Shown here in pieces: positions 30,084-39,960 of a stretch of 64,000 nucleotides of DNA. The position numbers and the translations under genes are program-made. The stretch comes from Candidatus Marinacidobacterales bacterium (GTDB taxonomy: Bacteria > Acidobacteriota > Vicinamibacteria > Marinacidobacterales > DATDRI01): the NCBI GenBank assembly GCA_965219415.1, contig CBDCNP010000002.1, forward strand, positions 672,001 through 736,000. The letters are read 5' to 3'. The notes beneath the pieces were generated by a model. It worked only from the letters and a program-made list of their open reading frames with translations, was not told the origin of the DNA and made no database searches. Position 1 is the stretch's first letter, and each line of letters opens with the position of its first letter.

Positions 30084-31216
30084 CGCAACACCCCCTTGTC
30101 CTTCTCGAATGCCACGAAAAGCTCACGACGCGGGTTCTCTGGGTGAAGTCGCGCGAGCTCGCGTAACAGTTCCTGAGTGCGATCGTCGTACACCACCGGC
30201 GTAACCACTTGGATCGTCACGAAAAGATCTCCGCGCCCCCCACCCCTCAGAGACGGCGCTCCACGCCCGGAGAGCCGAAGCTTCTGGCCACTCTGCACTC
30301 CTGCTGGGACTCGCACTTTAACCGACCCTTCGACGGTGGGCACCTCGACGCGGCAACCCAGCGCCGCTTCGCTAAACGTAATCGGCACCGTGCAAAAAAG
30401 ATTGTCACCCTTTCGAGTAAAGAAAGGACGTGGCTCGGCGGCCACGATTTGAATCAGCACGTAGAGATCCCCTGTGCTGCCGCCGCCTCTGCCTTCGTTT
30501 CCGAGCCCGGGCACTGCTACCTTCGATCCATCATCCACACCAGGGGGGATCTCAACCTGGATCGACTCTTCCTTCGCCGTCCGCCCAACGCCTTGACAAT
30601 CAGGACAATCTTGACGGTCGACGACCCCCGAACCGCCGCAGTCCGCACAAGGCCGAGCAAACAACATGTGACCTCGCGCTTGCGTAGTCCGTCCACGTCC
30701 CTGGCACGCCCGGCAAGTCTGCGACCGGTTCGCAGGCAAATGCCCCCAGCCCTCGCAAGTCTCGCACGCGATAAGCCGATTCACTTGAAACGAAGCGGCC
30801 AACCCTTTGAGGGACTCCTCGAAGGAGATGCCCAAACGATGTTGGGAATCTTCCCCGCGCGTGGCCCCCTTGGATCGAGAGGAGACTTCCTCGCGACCGA
30901 AGATCTCCGCAAAAACGTCAGCATCGGACCGACCAGACATCGAGAAATCAAAACCTTCGAAACCGTAACCGGCAGCCGCCTCGGCGTTTTCTGTCGTTGG
31001 TTTGGCTCCCGATCGATCGTACTGCTCGCGCTCGCCGGGATCCGACAGCACTTCGTAAGCTTCCGTTATCCTTCGATAGCGCACTTCCGAGACGCGGTCG
31101 CCCGGGTTTATCTCGGGGTGATACTTGCGCGCCAGCTTTCGGTAAGCCCTTCTTATCTCGATGCGGCCAGCCGTGCGCTTGACGCCGAGGAGCTCATAGT
31201 AAGTACGTCGTTCCAT
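30080..31216 (-). CDS. dnaJ: DnaJ chaperone (J domain, four CxxCxGxG repeats, C-terminal domain)
   Basis: YYELLGV..AYRKLARKYHPE, four Zn-finger repeats and EAALGCRVEVPT. Confidence 0.92.
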   Translation of the reverse strand: MERRTYYELLGVKRTAGRIEIRRAYRKLARKYHPEINPGDRVSEVRYRRITEAYEVLSDPGEREQYDRSGAKPTTENAEAAAGYGFEGFDFSMSGRSDADVFAEIFGREEVSSRSKGATRGEDSQHRLGISFEESLKGLAASFQVNRLIACETCEGWGHLPANRSQTCRACQGRGRTTQARGHMLFARPCADCGGSGVVDRQDCPDCQGVGRTAKEESIQVEIPPGVDDGSKVAVPGLGNEGRGGGSTGDLYVLIQIVAAEPRPFFTRKGDNLFCTVPITFSEAALGCRVEVPTVEGSVKVRVPAGVQSGQKLRLSGRGAPSLRGGGRGDLFVTIQVVTPVVYDDRTQELLRELARLHPENPRRELFVAFEKDKGVLR

Positions 31217-31246
31217 CCTTCTCGATCCCTAGTTACTTCTCGCTTT

Positions 31247-33196
31247 TTACTTCTTGTCATCCGAGTCCACGATCTCGGCATCGATAACATCACCCTCGCC
31301 GTCGCCGTCGCCGGCGCCAGCTCCCGGTGCACTCCCGGCATCGCCCGCCTCTGAGTCTGCCGGCGGCGCCGGGCCGTCATCTCCGCCGGCCGTCGCCCCG
31401 GCCTGCTTGTACATAATCTCGGCTAGACGATGACTCGCCCGCTCTAGGACTTCTCGGGCGTTGCGAACTGCTTGGACGTCCGCCTCCTGCAAGGCCTTCC
31501 TAGCATCCTGGATCGCAAGCTCGATTTGTGAAGCCTCCTCCGCGGGGATCTTGTCCTTGTTCTCCTCCAGAATCTTGTTCGTCTGGTAGACGAGGCTATC
31601 GGCTTTGTTGCGCTCTTCGGCTTCATCTTTCCGTCGCTGGTCATCCTCGGCGTGAGACTCGGCCTGCTTCTGCATCTTCTCGACCTCGCTTTGATCCAGC
31701 CCGCTCGAGGCGGTAATCGTGATGGCCTGCTGCTTCGCGGTCGCCAAGTCTTTGGCCGACACGTTGACGATTCCGTTCGCATCGATGTCGAAGGTTACTT
31801 CCACCTGCGGCACCCCCCGCGGGGCTGGCGGAATACCAACCAGCTGGAAACGCCCGAGAGTGCGATTGTCGCCGGCCATCGCCCTTTCGCCTTGAAGAAC
31901 GTGCACTTCGACTTGGGTTTGGTTGTCGGAGGCGGTGGAGAATATCTCTCCCTTTCGGGTCGGAATCGTCGTATTTCGCTCGATAAGCTTTGTAAACACG
32001 CCTCCAAGCGTCTCGATTCCGAGTGACAACGGTGTGACGTCGAGCAAGAGCAAATCCTTCACCTCGCCCGATAGAACCCCTGCTTGAATGCCGGCGCCCA
32101 CCGCGACGACTTCGTCCGGATTGACCCCCTTGTGCGGGTCCTTTGAGAAGAGCTCCCGCACCATCTCCTGTACTTTGGGGATTCGTGTGGAGCCTCCGAC
32201 AAGCACTACCTCGTCGATCTCTTTCGCCTTGAGGTCCGCGTCCTGCATGGCTTGCTTACAGGGACCGACCGTTCTTTGCAGCAAATCGTCGATCAGCTGT
32301 TCTAGCTTGGAACGACTGAGACGCAAAGAAAGATGCTTCGGCCCCGACGCGTCCGCGGTAATGAACGGCAGGCTAATCTCCGTTTCCATCGTCGACGAAA
32401 GCTCAATCTTCGCTTTTTCCGATGCCTCTTTGAGCCGTTGCAATGCCATCCGATCTTTGGACAGGTCGATCCCCTGCTCCTTGACGAACTCATCGATGAT
32501 CCAATCGATGATCCTTTGATCGATGTTGTCTCCGCCGAGATGCGTGTCACCATTGGTCGACTTGACCTCGACCACGCCCTCACCTACCTCCAAGATCGAA
32601 ATATCGAACGTCCCTCCTCCGAAGTCGTAAACGGCGATCTTCTCATCCGACTTCTTGTCCAACCCGTAAGCGAGGGCCGCCGCGGTCGGCTCATTGACGA
32701 TGCGCATGACTTCGAGGCCCGCGATCTTGCCGGCGTCTTTGGTAGCTTGCCGCTGGCTGTCGTTGAAGTAAGCGGGCACGGTGATCACCGCCTGTTCGAC
32801 CTTGGTCCCCAAGTAGTCCTCGGCGGCCTGTCTCATCTTTTGCAGGATCATGGCGGAGATCTCGGGCGGCGAATGTTGGCGTCCCTTGATCTCCACCCGC
32901 GCGTCGCCGTTGTCTGCCTCAATCACTTTGTAGGGAACCATCTTCATCTCTTCCGAGACTTCCTCGTAACGACGCCCCATGAATCTCTTGATTGAGAAAA
33001 CGGTATTCTCCGGGTTGGTGACCGCTTGACGCTTGGCAACCTGCCCTACCAGCCGCTCGTTTCCTTTAGTGAACGCGACCACGGACGGAGTCGTGCGACT
33101 CCCTTCGGGGTTCGTTATGACGGACGGGTTGCCGCCCTCCATGACCGCGACCACGGAATTCGTAGTACCGAGGTCGATGCCGATGATCTTGCCCAT
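31247..33196 (-). CDS. dnaK: Chaperone DnaK (Hsp70)
   Basis: [37 protein letters not shown] and LVGGSTRIP. Confidence 0.99.
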   Translation of the reverse strand: MGKIIGIDLGTTNSVVAVMEGGNPSVITNPEGSRTTPSVVAFTKGNERLVGQVAKRQAVTNPENTVFSIKRFMGRRYEEVSEEMKMVPYKVIEADNGDARVEIKGRQHSPPEISAMILQKMRQAAEDYLGTKVEQAVITVPAYFNDSQRQATKDAGKIAGLEVMRIVNEPTAAALAYGLDKKSDEKIAVYDFGGGTFDISILEVGEGVVEVKSTNGDTHLGGDNIDQRIIDWIIDEFVKEQGIDLSKDRMALQRLKEASEKAKIELSSTMETEISLPFITADASGPKHLSLRLSRSKLEQLIDDLLQRTVGPCKQAMQDADLKAKEIDEVVLVGGSTRIPKVQEMVRELFSKDPHKGVNPDEVVAVGAGIQAGVLSGEVKDLLLLDVTPLSLGIETLGGVFTKLIERNTTIPTRKGEIFSTASDNQTQVEVHVLQGERAMAGDNRTLGRFQLVGIPPAPRGVPQVEVTFDIDANGIVNVSAKDLATAKQQAITITASSGLDQSEVEKMQKQAESHAEDDQRRKDEAEERNKADSLVYQTNKILEENKDKIPAEEASQIELAIQDARKALQEADVQAVRNAREVLERASHRLAEIMYKQAGATAGGDDGPAPPADSEAGDAGSAPGAGAGDGDGEGDVIDAEIVDSDDKK

Positions 33197-33249
33197 CGCT
33201 TTATGCCCTCCCTAGAAGGTACCTCCGTTTGGAGGCTCAGTCGCCGTAA

Positions 33250-33279
33250 AGGATAGAATATGAGCGCGAATTTGTCAAA
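33250..33279 (-). promoter_or_regulatory. Sigma70-type dnaK promoter overlapped by a degenerate HAIR-like inverted repeat
   Basis: The minus strand reads TTGACA-17 nt-TATCCT. TTTGACA-N7-GCTCATA resembles the HspR HAIR consensus CTTGAGT-N7-ACTCAAG. Confidence 0.65.
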
Positions 33280-33507
33280 TTTTTTGCGGTTTTCTCTAGA
33301 GAAAAACCTTGTCCGGCGAGGGATACAAGGTGTCACTTGCGGGTGACCACCAAAAGGGTGAGACATGGACGAGTATTCCACTTAAACTTCTGAGACATAT
33401 GGGATTGTGCGGTTTGCACCCGGAGAGCGAAGATGGTACACAGGTTGCAAAGCCATAGGTTAGCGGACCGGCCCGGCCGCCGGTCCGCGGTAACCATGGA
33501 GGCCAAC

Positions 33508-35388
33508 ATGACCCGCAAGGCAATTCTCCAACTTAGCGTCCTCGCCCTCGTACTGCCCGGGTTCGCCTATGCATCGTCCGGCCAAGCCTCACAGGCCGGA
33601 CGCTCCTACACCTATGGTCACATCAGCTACGTCGAAGGAGAAGTTACCCTCCAACGTGCCATCGAGCCGGAACCCTCGGGGGCGGGCGTTAACGAGCCCG
33701 TCACCCCGGGGGATCGAGCCTGGACCGCAACATTTGGTCGGGCGGAGGTCCGGCTCGCGGACGGTTCCCTCCTACGGATGGACGAACGCACCAAGGTCGA
33801 CTTCGTCGCTTTCGGCGAAGCGGCCGGCCAGGAAACATTGGTTCGACTCTGGAGTGGAAGCATCATCCTTCGCCTCGTCGATGCCGGAGGTGCCACGTTT
33901 CGCGTCGACACCCCCGGAGGAAGTATCTTCCCCGTATCGGAAGGTTTGATCCGGATCGACGTCGACGAGAGCGGCACCACCACGCTCTCCGTCTATGAGG
34001 GTGTCTCAGAGCTCGCCTCCGAAGGTGGATCGGTCTTGGCTCGAAGCGGACAGCGCAGCTTGGTCCAGTCTGGCCTTAGACCCGAGCCGTCCTACGAGTT
34101 CAACACCGCGCGTTGGGATGAGTTCTCCTCGTGGAGCGACGGTCGCGACCAACTCTACCGTCGCACGACACGGGTCAGGGGCGTTCAGGAGGAGGTCGCG
34201 GTCTATTCGGGTGAGCTCGACCACTACGGAACATGGCGCCGCGACACTTCGTACGGAAACGTTTGGTACCCGAGAGTCTCGGTAGGCTGGAGCCCGTACT
34301 ATCAAGGACGATGGGCCTACACGGCGTTCGGTTGGACGTGGGTGTCTTACGAGCCCTGGGGTTGGGCGCCCTACCACTATGGTCGCTGGGGTCACGGTGC
34401 CTACGGTTGGTACTGGATCCCAGGTGCACATTGGGGCCCGGCGTGGGTCTCCTGGGCTTTCGGACCTTCCTGGGTAGGCTGGTCTCCGCTCGGCTATCAC
34501 GACCGACCGGTCTTCGGCTATCGTTCCGTGTTTCACTATCGCGGTGGTCGCGCCGTCCCCCGACATCGCGTCACACGAGGTTGGAGTTTCTCCCGCAACC
34601 AACACTTCGCTTCACGCTCAGCCGCAACGACACGGCTGGGAGTGGAAGACGTTCGCGCTACTTCGAATCAAGCGCGGCTCTTGGAGTCTGGAGCTATCCT
34701 CGATAGGCGACTCGCAGCCCGGGCCGTCGGTCCAGCCGCGATGACTCGCGCTGCCAGACAACGCCGCGATGTGGACCGAACAGGGTCGATCCCCGGCCGG
34801 ACCACACGCGGTCTCGCGACGACTCGTGGCAGAGTTTTTCGGAGCGCCGGAACGGGCTCCGGCTCGAGCGCGGTGCCGACCCCACCGGCGCGGGTCCAAC
34901 AGCGTGACCGCAACGCTGCCGCTGCGTCGCGAGCGCGCACCGCGCCAAGCTCTCGTTCCGATGCTCTGCAACGGGGGCTAACGGCAACGACCAGGCGCAA
35001 CCCCGCAACCACCCCGTCCGCGTCGAACGAGCGAACGACTCTCCGCCGAACGGGGGCCCGTCCTCAGCCAAGCGCTGGACCGAGTTCGGAAACGGCGGCC
35101 ACCGGGAGTCGCCCCCGAGTGGGTAGTACTACGACACGCAGTACTACGACACGCACCATGAAACGGAGCACAGGCAGCAGCGCCGGAAGCAAGGACTTTT
35201 TCAGCCGCCGGCCCAGCGTCAGCGGATCTCGAACGGGAAGGAGTTCGGCCACCAAACCGTTGTCGACGGGACGCCCTTCTACCGCCAAGCCCCGGACAGG
35301 AAGCCAGAGCAAATCCTCTAGCAAGTCCTCTGGGGCGTCCCGGAGTCGAGGAACCCAGAAGAGTCGAGTCAAGAAGAACAAGAACTGA
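33508..35388 (+). CDS. Exported FecR-domain / DUF6600-like protein with W/Y/G-rich repeats and a low-complexity tail
   Basis: GGAGG RBS, signal peptide, FecR-like GRAEVRLADGSLLRMD, WSPYYQGRW..WTWVSYEPWGWAPYHYGRW..WGPAWVSW, and an S/T/R-rich tail. Confidence 0.8.
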   Translation: MTRKAILQLSVLALVLPGFAYASSGQASQAGRSYTYGHISYVEGEVTLQRAIEPEPSGAGVNEPVTPGDRAWTATFGRAEVRLADGSLLRMDERTKVDFVAFGEAAGQETLVRLWSGSIILRLVDAGGATFRVDTPGGSIFPVSEGLIRIDVDESGTTTLSVYEGVSELASEGGSVLARSGQRSLVQSGLRPEPSYEFNTARWDEFSSWSDGRDQLYRRTTRVRGVQEEVAVYSGELDHYGTWRRDTSYGNVWYPRVSVGWSPYYQGRWAYTAFGWTWVSYEPWGWAPYHYGRWGHGAYGWYWIPGAHWGPAWVSWAFGPSWVGWSPLGYHDRPVFGYRSVFHYRGGRAVPRHRVTRGWSFSRNQHFASRSAATTRLGVEDVRATSNQARLLESGAILDRRLAARAVGPAAMTRAARQRRDVDRTGSIPGRTTRGLATTRGRVFRSAGTGSGSSAVPTPPARVQQRDRNAAAASRARTAPSSRSDALQRGLTATTRRNPATTPSASNERTTLRRTGARPQPSAGPSSETAATGSRPRVGSTTTRSTTTRTMKRSTGSSAGSKDFFSRRPSVSGSRTGRSSATKPLSTGRPSTAKPRTGSQSKSSSKSSGASRSRGTQKSRVKKNKN

Positions 35389-35490
35389 TAAACTCCGACG
35401 TGTTACTCGACTCCCCTCACCCGACGTCTGGCCCGATCTATAACGGCACGACGTGTCTTGACGCCCGCAGTCCCCAAAGGGGAGAGGTTT

Positions 35491-35563
35491 GCCTACGCTA
35501 AATCTTCGGCGAGACCTCGCCGTAGCCGTTGTCACGCGTAGCGCTCCCAACGGCGAAGGCGGG
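35491..35563. repeat. REP-like palindromic element (GCCTACGCTAAA..CTTCGGCG..GCCGTAGCC..GGCGAAGGCGG type)
   Basis: Nested inverted repeats between convergent genes; similar element at 49615-49678. Confidence 0.7.
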
Positions 35564-35569
35564 AAACTA

Positions 35570-37192
35570 CTATTTGATGCGCAGGATCCAAGGCATCAAA
35601 AACAGGGCCTCCTCGCTCGCCAGGGGACCCAACAGATCAACGAGAGCCGTAAAAGGAGTCCCCGAGAGAGGAGAGCCCCACGGCAAACCAAAGGAGAGAA
35701 ACTCTCTAAGCCGGGGCCGCTTCGCATAGGTTACGACGCGGATCTTCTTCTGCGGGGCGATGCCTGCCCGAAGGCGTGCTAACTGAATCGCGGCCTCCAA
35801 ATCCCCTAGCTCATCGACTAACCCACGTTCCTTTCCTTGCCGACCGGTCCATACTCTTCCGCGCGCTACGTCGTCGACTTGCGCGGGCTCCAACCGTCGT
35901 CCTTCCGCGACGCGAGGCAGGAAGAGTTTTTCATAGAAGTAACGAAGTTGTGCACGCTGCTTGTCACGCTCCTCGATTGTGAAAGATCGAGTTGGCGAGC
36001 GGAAGCCAGCCCGCTTGGAGAGTGCGATCGTTTCGCGCTGTATTCCCAGCATGTCGAGTAGGCGGCGAGCAACCATCTTGCCTCCGAGAACCCCGATCGA
36101 GCCGGTCAACGTGGAAGCCTCCGCTACGATAGCGTCCGCGGCGGTGGCGATGTAGTACCCGCCCGACGACGCCACATCTCCCATGGAGACAATGACCGGT
36201 TTCACTTTGCGGGTGAGAGCGATGTCGCGCCAAATCAAATCCGAGGCCACGGCTGCCCCGCCCGGACTTTCGACCCGAAGGACCACCGCCTTGACCCGCC
36301 GCGATTCGCGAACGCGTTTGAGAAGCTCTTGGAAGCTGCGTGAGCTCACCACGCGGGTCGAGGGTCGTCCGCGACGGTGGTCAGAAGAAGTGATCACCCC
36401 GACCGCATACACGACGGCGACTTGCTGCCGACGAAACGTCAACAATCGTCGCAGCCATCCGTCGCGAACCGGGTAGCGACTAAGAGGAACAACCACAACA
36501 TCCACGTCCAACTTTTCCCGAAGCAGCGTTTCGCAGGCATCCTCATGCTCCACTCGGTCGACGAGCCCCAACGCCAATGCTTCCTCCGCGGTGTAGGGGC
36601 CGTCGCCAAAGACCTCCCGGACTCGCTCGGTGCCCAGGCCCCGCCCCTTGGCTATGGCATGCTCCAGCTGGTCGGATAAATCCAGAAGAAGAGACTGAAG
36701 CGCCTCGCGGCTCGGAGTGGACATCCCCCGCCGCATGAAGGTCTCCCCTGCGCTCTTGTACTCCCCCACGGAATCAAGCTCCGCCTCGACTCCGATTTGT
36801 TCCAGAAGGTCTTTGAAGAAAAACGCCTCCGCTTGAAGCCCCACGAGATCCAAGCTCGCACCTGGATGCATGATCAGCGTTTCGCAAGCGCAAGCGAGCG
36901 CGTAGTCGAGATTGCCCGCCCCTTCGAGAAACGCCACCACCGGCTTCCCCGAGGCATGAAACACTTCAATGGCACGAACCAGGCTAGCTGCCTTCGACCA
37001 ACCGATCTCCGGATGCGCGAATCTGACCAACAACGCTCCGATGCGACGGTCACCGGCCGCTTTTCGGATCGCCTGCGTGGCTCCCCGCAGATCCAGCTTG
37101 GGCGAACGGGCAAGAAAAGGGGTCTCCCCCCGTGTCTCCACAACCTCTTCCTCGAGCCGGACTTGTAGGATTTGTTTCCGCTTCCCTCTCAT
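35570..37192 (-). CDS. sppA: Signal peptide peptidase SppA (67K type)
   Basis: Two S49 domains: GEYKSAGE, LRVESPGG, SMGDVASSGGYY, TGSIGV and GRVWTG. Confidence 0.93.
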   Translation of the reverse strand: MRGKRKQILQVRLEEEVVETRGETPFLARSPKLDLRGATQAIRKAAGDRRIGALLVRFAHPEIGWSKAASLVRAIEVFHASGKPVVAFLEGAGNLDYALACACETLIMHPGASLDLVGLQAEAFFFKDLLEQIGVEAELDSVGEYKSAGETFMRRGMSTPSREALQSLLLDLSDQLEHAIAKGRGLGTERVREVFGDGPYTAEEALALGLVDRVEHEDACETLLREKLDVDVVVVPLSRYPVRDGWLRRLLTFRRQQVAVVYAVGVITSSDHRRGRPSTRVVSSRSFQELLKRVRESRRVKAVVLRVESPGGAAVASDLIWRDIALTRKVKPVIVSMGDVASSGGYYIATAADAIVAEASTLTGSIGVLGGKMVARRLLDMLGIQRETIALSKRAGFRSPTRSFTIEERDKQRAQLRYFYEKLFLPRVAEGRRLEPAQVDDVARGRVWTGRQGKERGLVDELGDLEAAIQLARLRAGIAPQKKIRVVTYAKRPRLREFLSFGLPWGSPLSGTPFTALVDLLGPLASEEALFLMPWILRIK

Positions 37193-37383
37193 CGTCCTCT
37201 CCTTCGGCTCCCCCCGGCGTTTTCTCCCTCAATCTCCAGCGAGCCGATCTATGTGGGGCGTGGGCTTGGACCCCCACCCCCGCCGGAGGCTCGCTCTGGA
37301 CTTCCCTAATCGTGTATAATATGAGGTTAAGTCACAAAACGCGTGCCAAAAAAGGGCAACTGCCGCCTCTGAAGCTGAGCAGG

Positions 37384-39643
37384 ATGGCGATTCAAAGCAA
37401 GATAGAGCAAGCCAGCACTTCCTTCGACTGGGTAGGCCCCCTCTCCGCGACCCCCCTTCGCCGAAGTGCTTCGTAAGATTGCGCTCGAAGAACGCAGCGG
37501 CGACCTACAGGTCATCTTCGGCCAGACCATCAAGACGATCTATTTCGACCGCGGCTTCGTGGTCCTGGCCGCCAGCAACCTCAAGAGCGACCGGCTCGGG
37601 GAAAGCCTCATCGAGCGCGGCCGCATCTCCCGTCACGAATTGGCTCTGGCGACCATGTTGATGAAGACCGGCCAGAAGAAGATCGGCCAGGCCTTGGTCC
37701 AAGCCGGGGTGATGGCCGAGGAAGAGCTCGGTCGGAGCGTGGCATTGCAGGTCAACCGGATTGCCTTATCGCTCTTCAAAGCGACCGACGGGATCTACAG
37801 CTTCGATGAGCGGCCTACCAACATCCCGATGAAACTGATGGTCAGTCTTTCGATCTACCGGATCCTCCTAGAGGGAATCCGAAGGATGACCAAGGGAAAC
37901 CTAATCCTGCAGGGTCTCCCACCTCTCGATACCGTACTACGCGTTTCGGAACAGCCACCGCTTACCATCGACTTCGGTCAACTGAAGCCGGTCGAACAAT
38001 CGGTGCTTCGTGCCGCGGGACGTGGCGTCGTGCTCCAATCCATCACCGAAGGATTGGGGCACGATCAAGGACGAGTCCTCAGGGCCTGTTACGGCCTGCT
38101 ATGCGCCGGCCTTCTCGAGGAGAGCGAAACGGACAGGACGCCCCGGCCTCTCAAGGTACAAGAAGAGACCGGTGTCTTCCTGCTTTCCGACCTCGAGAAA
38201 AAGTTCGCAAAAATTCAAGCTACCACCGCGCGCCAAGAGATTCTCATGGAGTTCGACCATCTCGGCGAGATGGCGGAGGCCGACCTTCTCCAGATCGACA
38301 GGAAGGCCGATATGGAAGACATCCGACAGGCCTATGAGAGTCGACGCAAGGAGTGGTCGATCAAGAGGAATCTCGTCGAGCAAGAGCGCTCGCTGATCGT
38401 CAAGGTGGACGAAATCCAGGCCCGATTGGAACGGGCGTATCAACAAATGTTGTCGGATCACAGCGCGCCCTCGCCCCCGCTTTCCAACCAGGCTGCCGCG
38501 GAGTGGTCGGCGGTTGGTATCGAGTTCGCAGAGAGCGATGTCCTCGATCAAACCGGGGAGGGTGAAACCATAGAATCTTCGCCGGCTCAGCGTGCCCGCG
38601 CTCAGGAAGCCATCGAGAAGGTGCAAGAGCTCGAGGACGCGCGGCAGGCGCAACAAATCCAAGAAGCTCAGCGGACGAACGAAGAGGACGAGCTCGAAAT
38701 CGAAGTCGAGACCGGCGAATTTGATACGCCCGCGCTACCGCCGCTCATCGAAGATGAACCCGAAGAAGCTTCTTTCATCAAGAACGAAGTGGAGCTACAG
38801 CTCGGGTCACAGATTGAGCTCGAGGTGGAGGAAGCGGCTGCGCCCGCCGAGATCGAGATCGACGATGACGCTTCTCACGCGCAACTCAAGATAGATGAAG
38901 AAGCGGCCGGGCCGGGGATCGAAATCGAAGTAGAAGTAGACGTAGAAGAAGATACCGCGCCCAAAAAGCTAGAGGCGCGATCGGACTCCACGCCAAAGAT
39001 CCGAATCCCGAAAAAACCCAAGAGCCTGGAAACGATAGTAGAGGAAGAGACCGTCCCGAGCGGGACCGAAGCGCAAGAAGAAGCTGCATCTGCCGCCGAC
39101 ATCGAAATCGAGTTTGACGAAGAAACGAGCGAGCCAGCAGACACAAAACCGAACGTTCGCGATGCGGGAATGTCTTCTAGCGAAGACGAGGACCGATCGG
39201 AAGCGCCCCACGTCGTACAAAAAGAACTGTTGCCCGAGCAACGGGACGAGAGAGTGCGTCAACTGTTTCGCGATGTAAAGCTACACTTTACGGTGCGAGA
39301 TTGGGACGGTGCGGTCTCGCTTCTCATGGAACTAGTGGAGCTCGAACCGAACAACGCACACCATCACGGCATGCTCGCCAAGGCGATGTTGCGTCACCCT
39401 GTCATGCGCACGAACGCGGAACGTCACTTCATCGAAGCGCTGCGCCTCGATCCACAAGATGCCGATCTCCATTATTGGCTTGGCCTCTACTACAAGACCT
39501 TCGGATTGAAATCGCGAGCCGAGACCGAGTTTAGAACTGCGCTGCGGATCGACCCCAAACACGCGGGAGCCCACAAATACCTCACCGGTGGTGGCAAGAG
39601 GAAGGACCCGCTGAGCAACCTGTTCGGTAAGATCTTCGGGTAG
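37384..39643 (+). CDS. DUF4388 - J-like - acidic linker - TPR protein (one extra C in a homopolymer near 37455)
   Basis: MAIQSK..WVGPLSATP|FAEVLRKIALEERSGDL DUF4388 start, a J-like LLQIDRKADMEDIRQAY segment without HPD, an E-rich linker and C-terminal TPRs. Confidence 0.75.
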
Positions 39644-39681
39644 ATATAACTCGAAGCCCATCAGTAGCTTCCCCGTCAGGA

Positions 39682-39729
39682 ACCCCATATGTAGTAGTGC
39701 GACTAGCACTACTACCCAAAATCTGGTAT
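39682..39729 (+). promoter_or_regulatory. Tandem NrdR boxes
   Basis: ACCCCATATGTAGTAG (39682) and ACCCAAAATCTGGTAT (39714) match the core of acaCwAtATaTwGtgt, are 32 bp apart and lie upstream of nrdJ. Confidence 0.85.
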
Positions 39730-39736
39730 TTTTCTC

Positions 39737-39766
39737 TTGACACTGGGTCTCAGCTAAAAGTATAAA
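39737..39766 (+). promoter_or_regulatory. Sigma70-type promoter of nrdJ
   Basis: TTGACA-18 nt-TATAAA immediately after the NrdR boxes. Confidence 0.75.
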
Positions 39767-39960
39767 ATCTTCACCTAAACCAAGCCAAAGCGATTGACTG
39801 ATTTCCCGCTGCGGCCTGGACGTAGCGGCAAAGGGATTTCGCTCAAAGGCAAGGATTTCTAGTTTAGCGAGTTGGCTTCCGTGCTCGGGTCGTCGCAGTG
39901 TCGTTTCGTCTCTATACGAGATTGCTAGACTCGATTTGAGGATTTGGAGGGGAAAGGCGC

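Noticed and set aside
39775-39960. Cobalamin riboswitch upstream of nrdJ
   Set aside because: No recognisable B12-box or GGGAA/GCCACTG core. Retained only as an unassigned structured leader.
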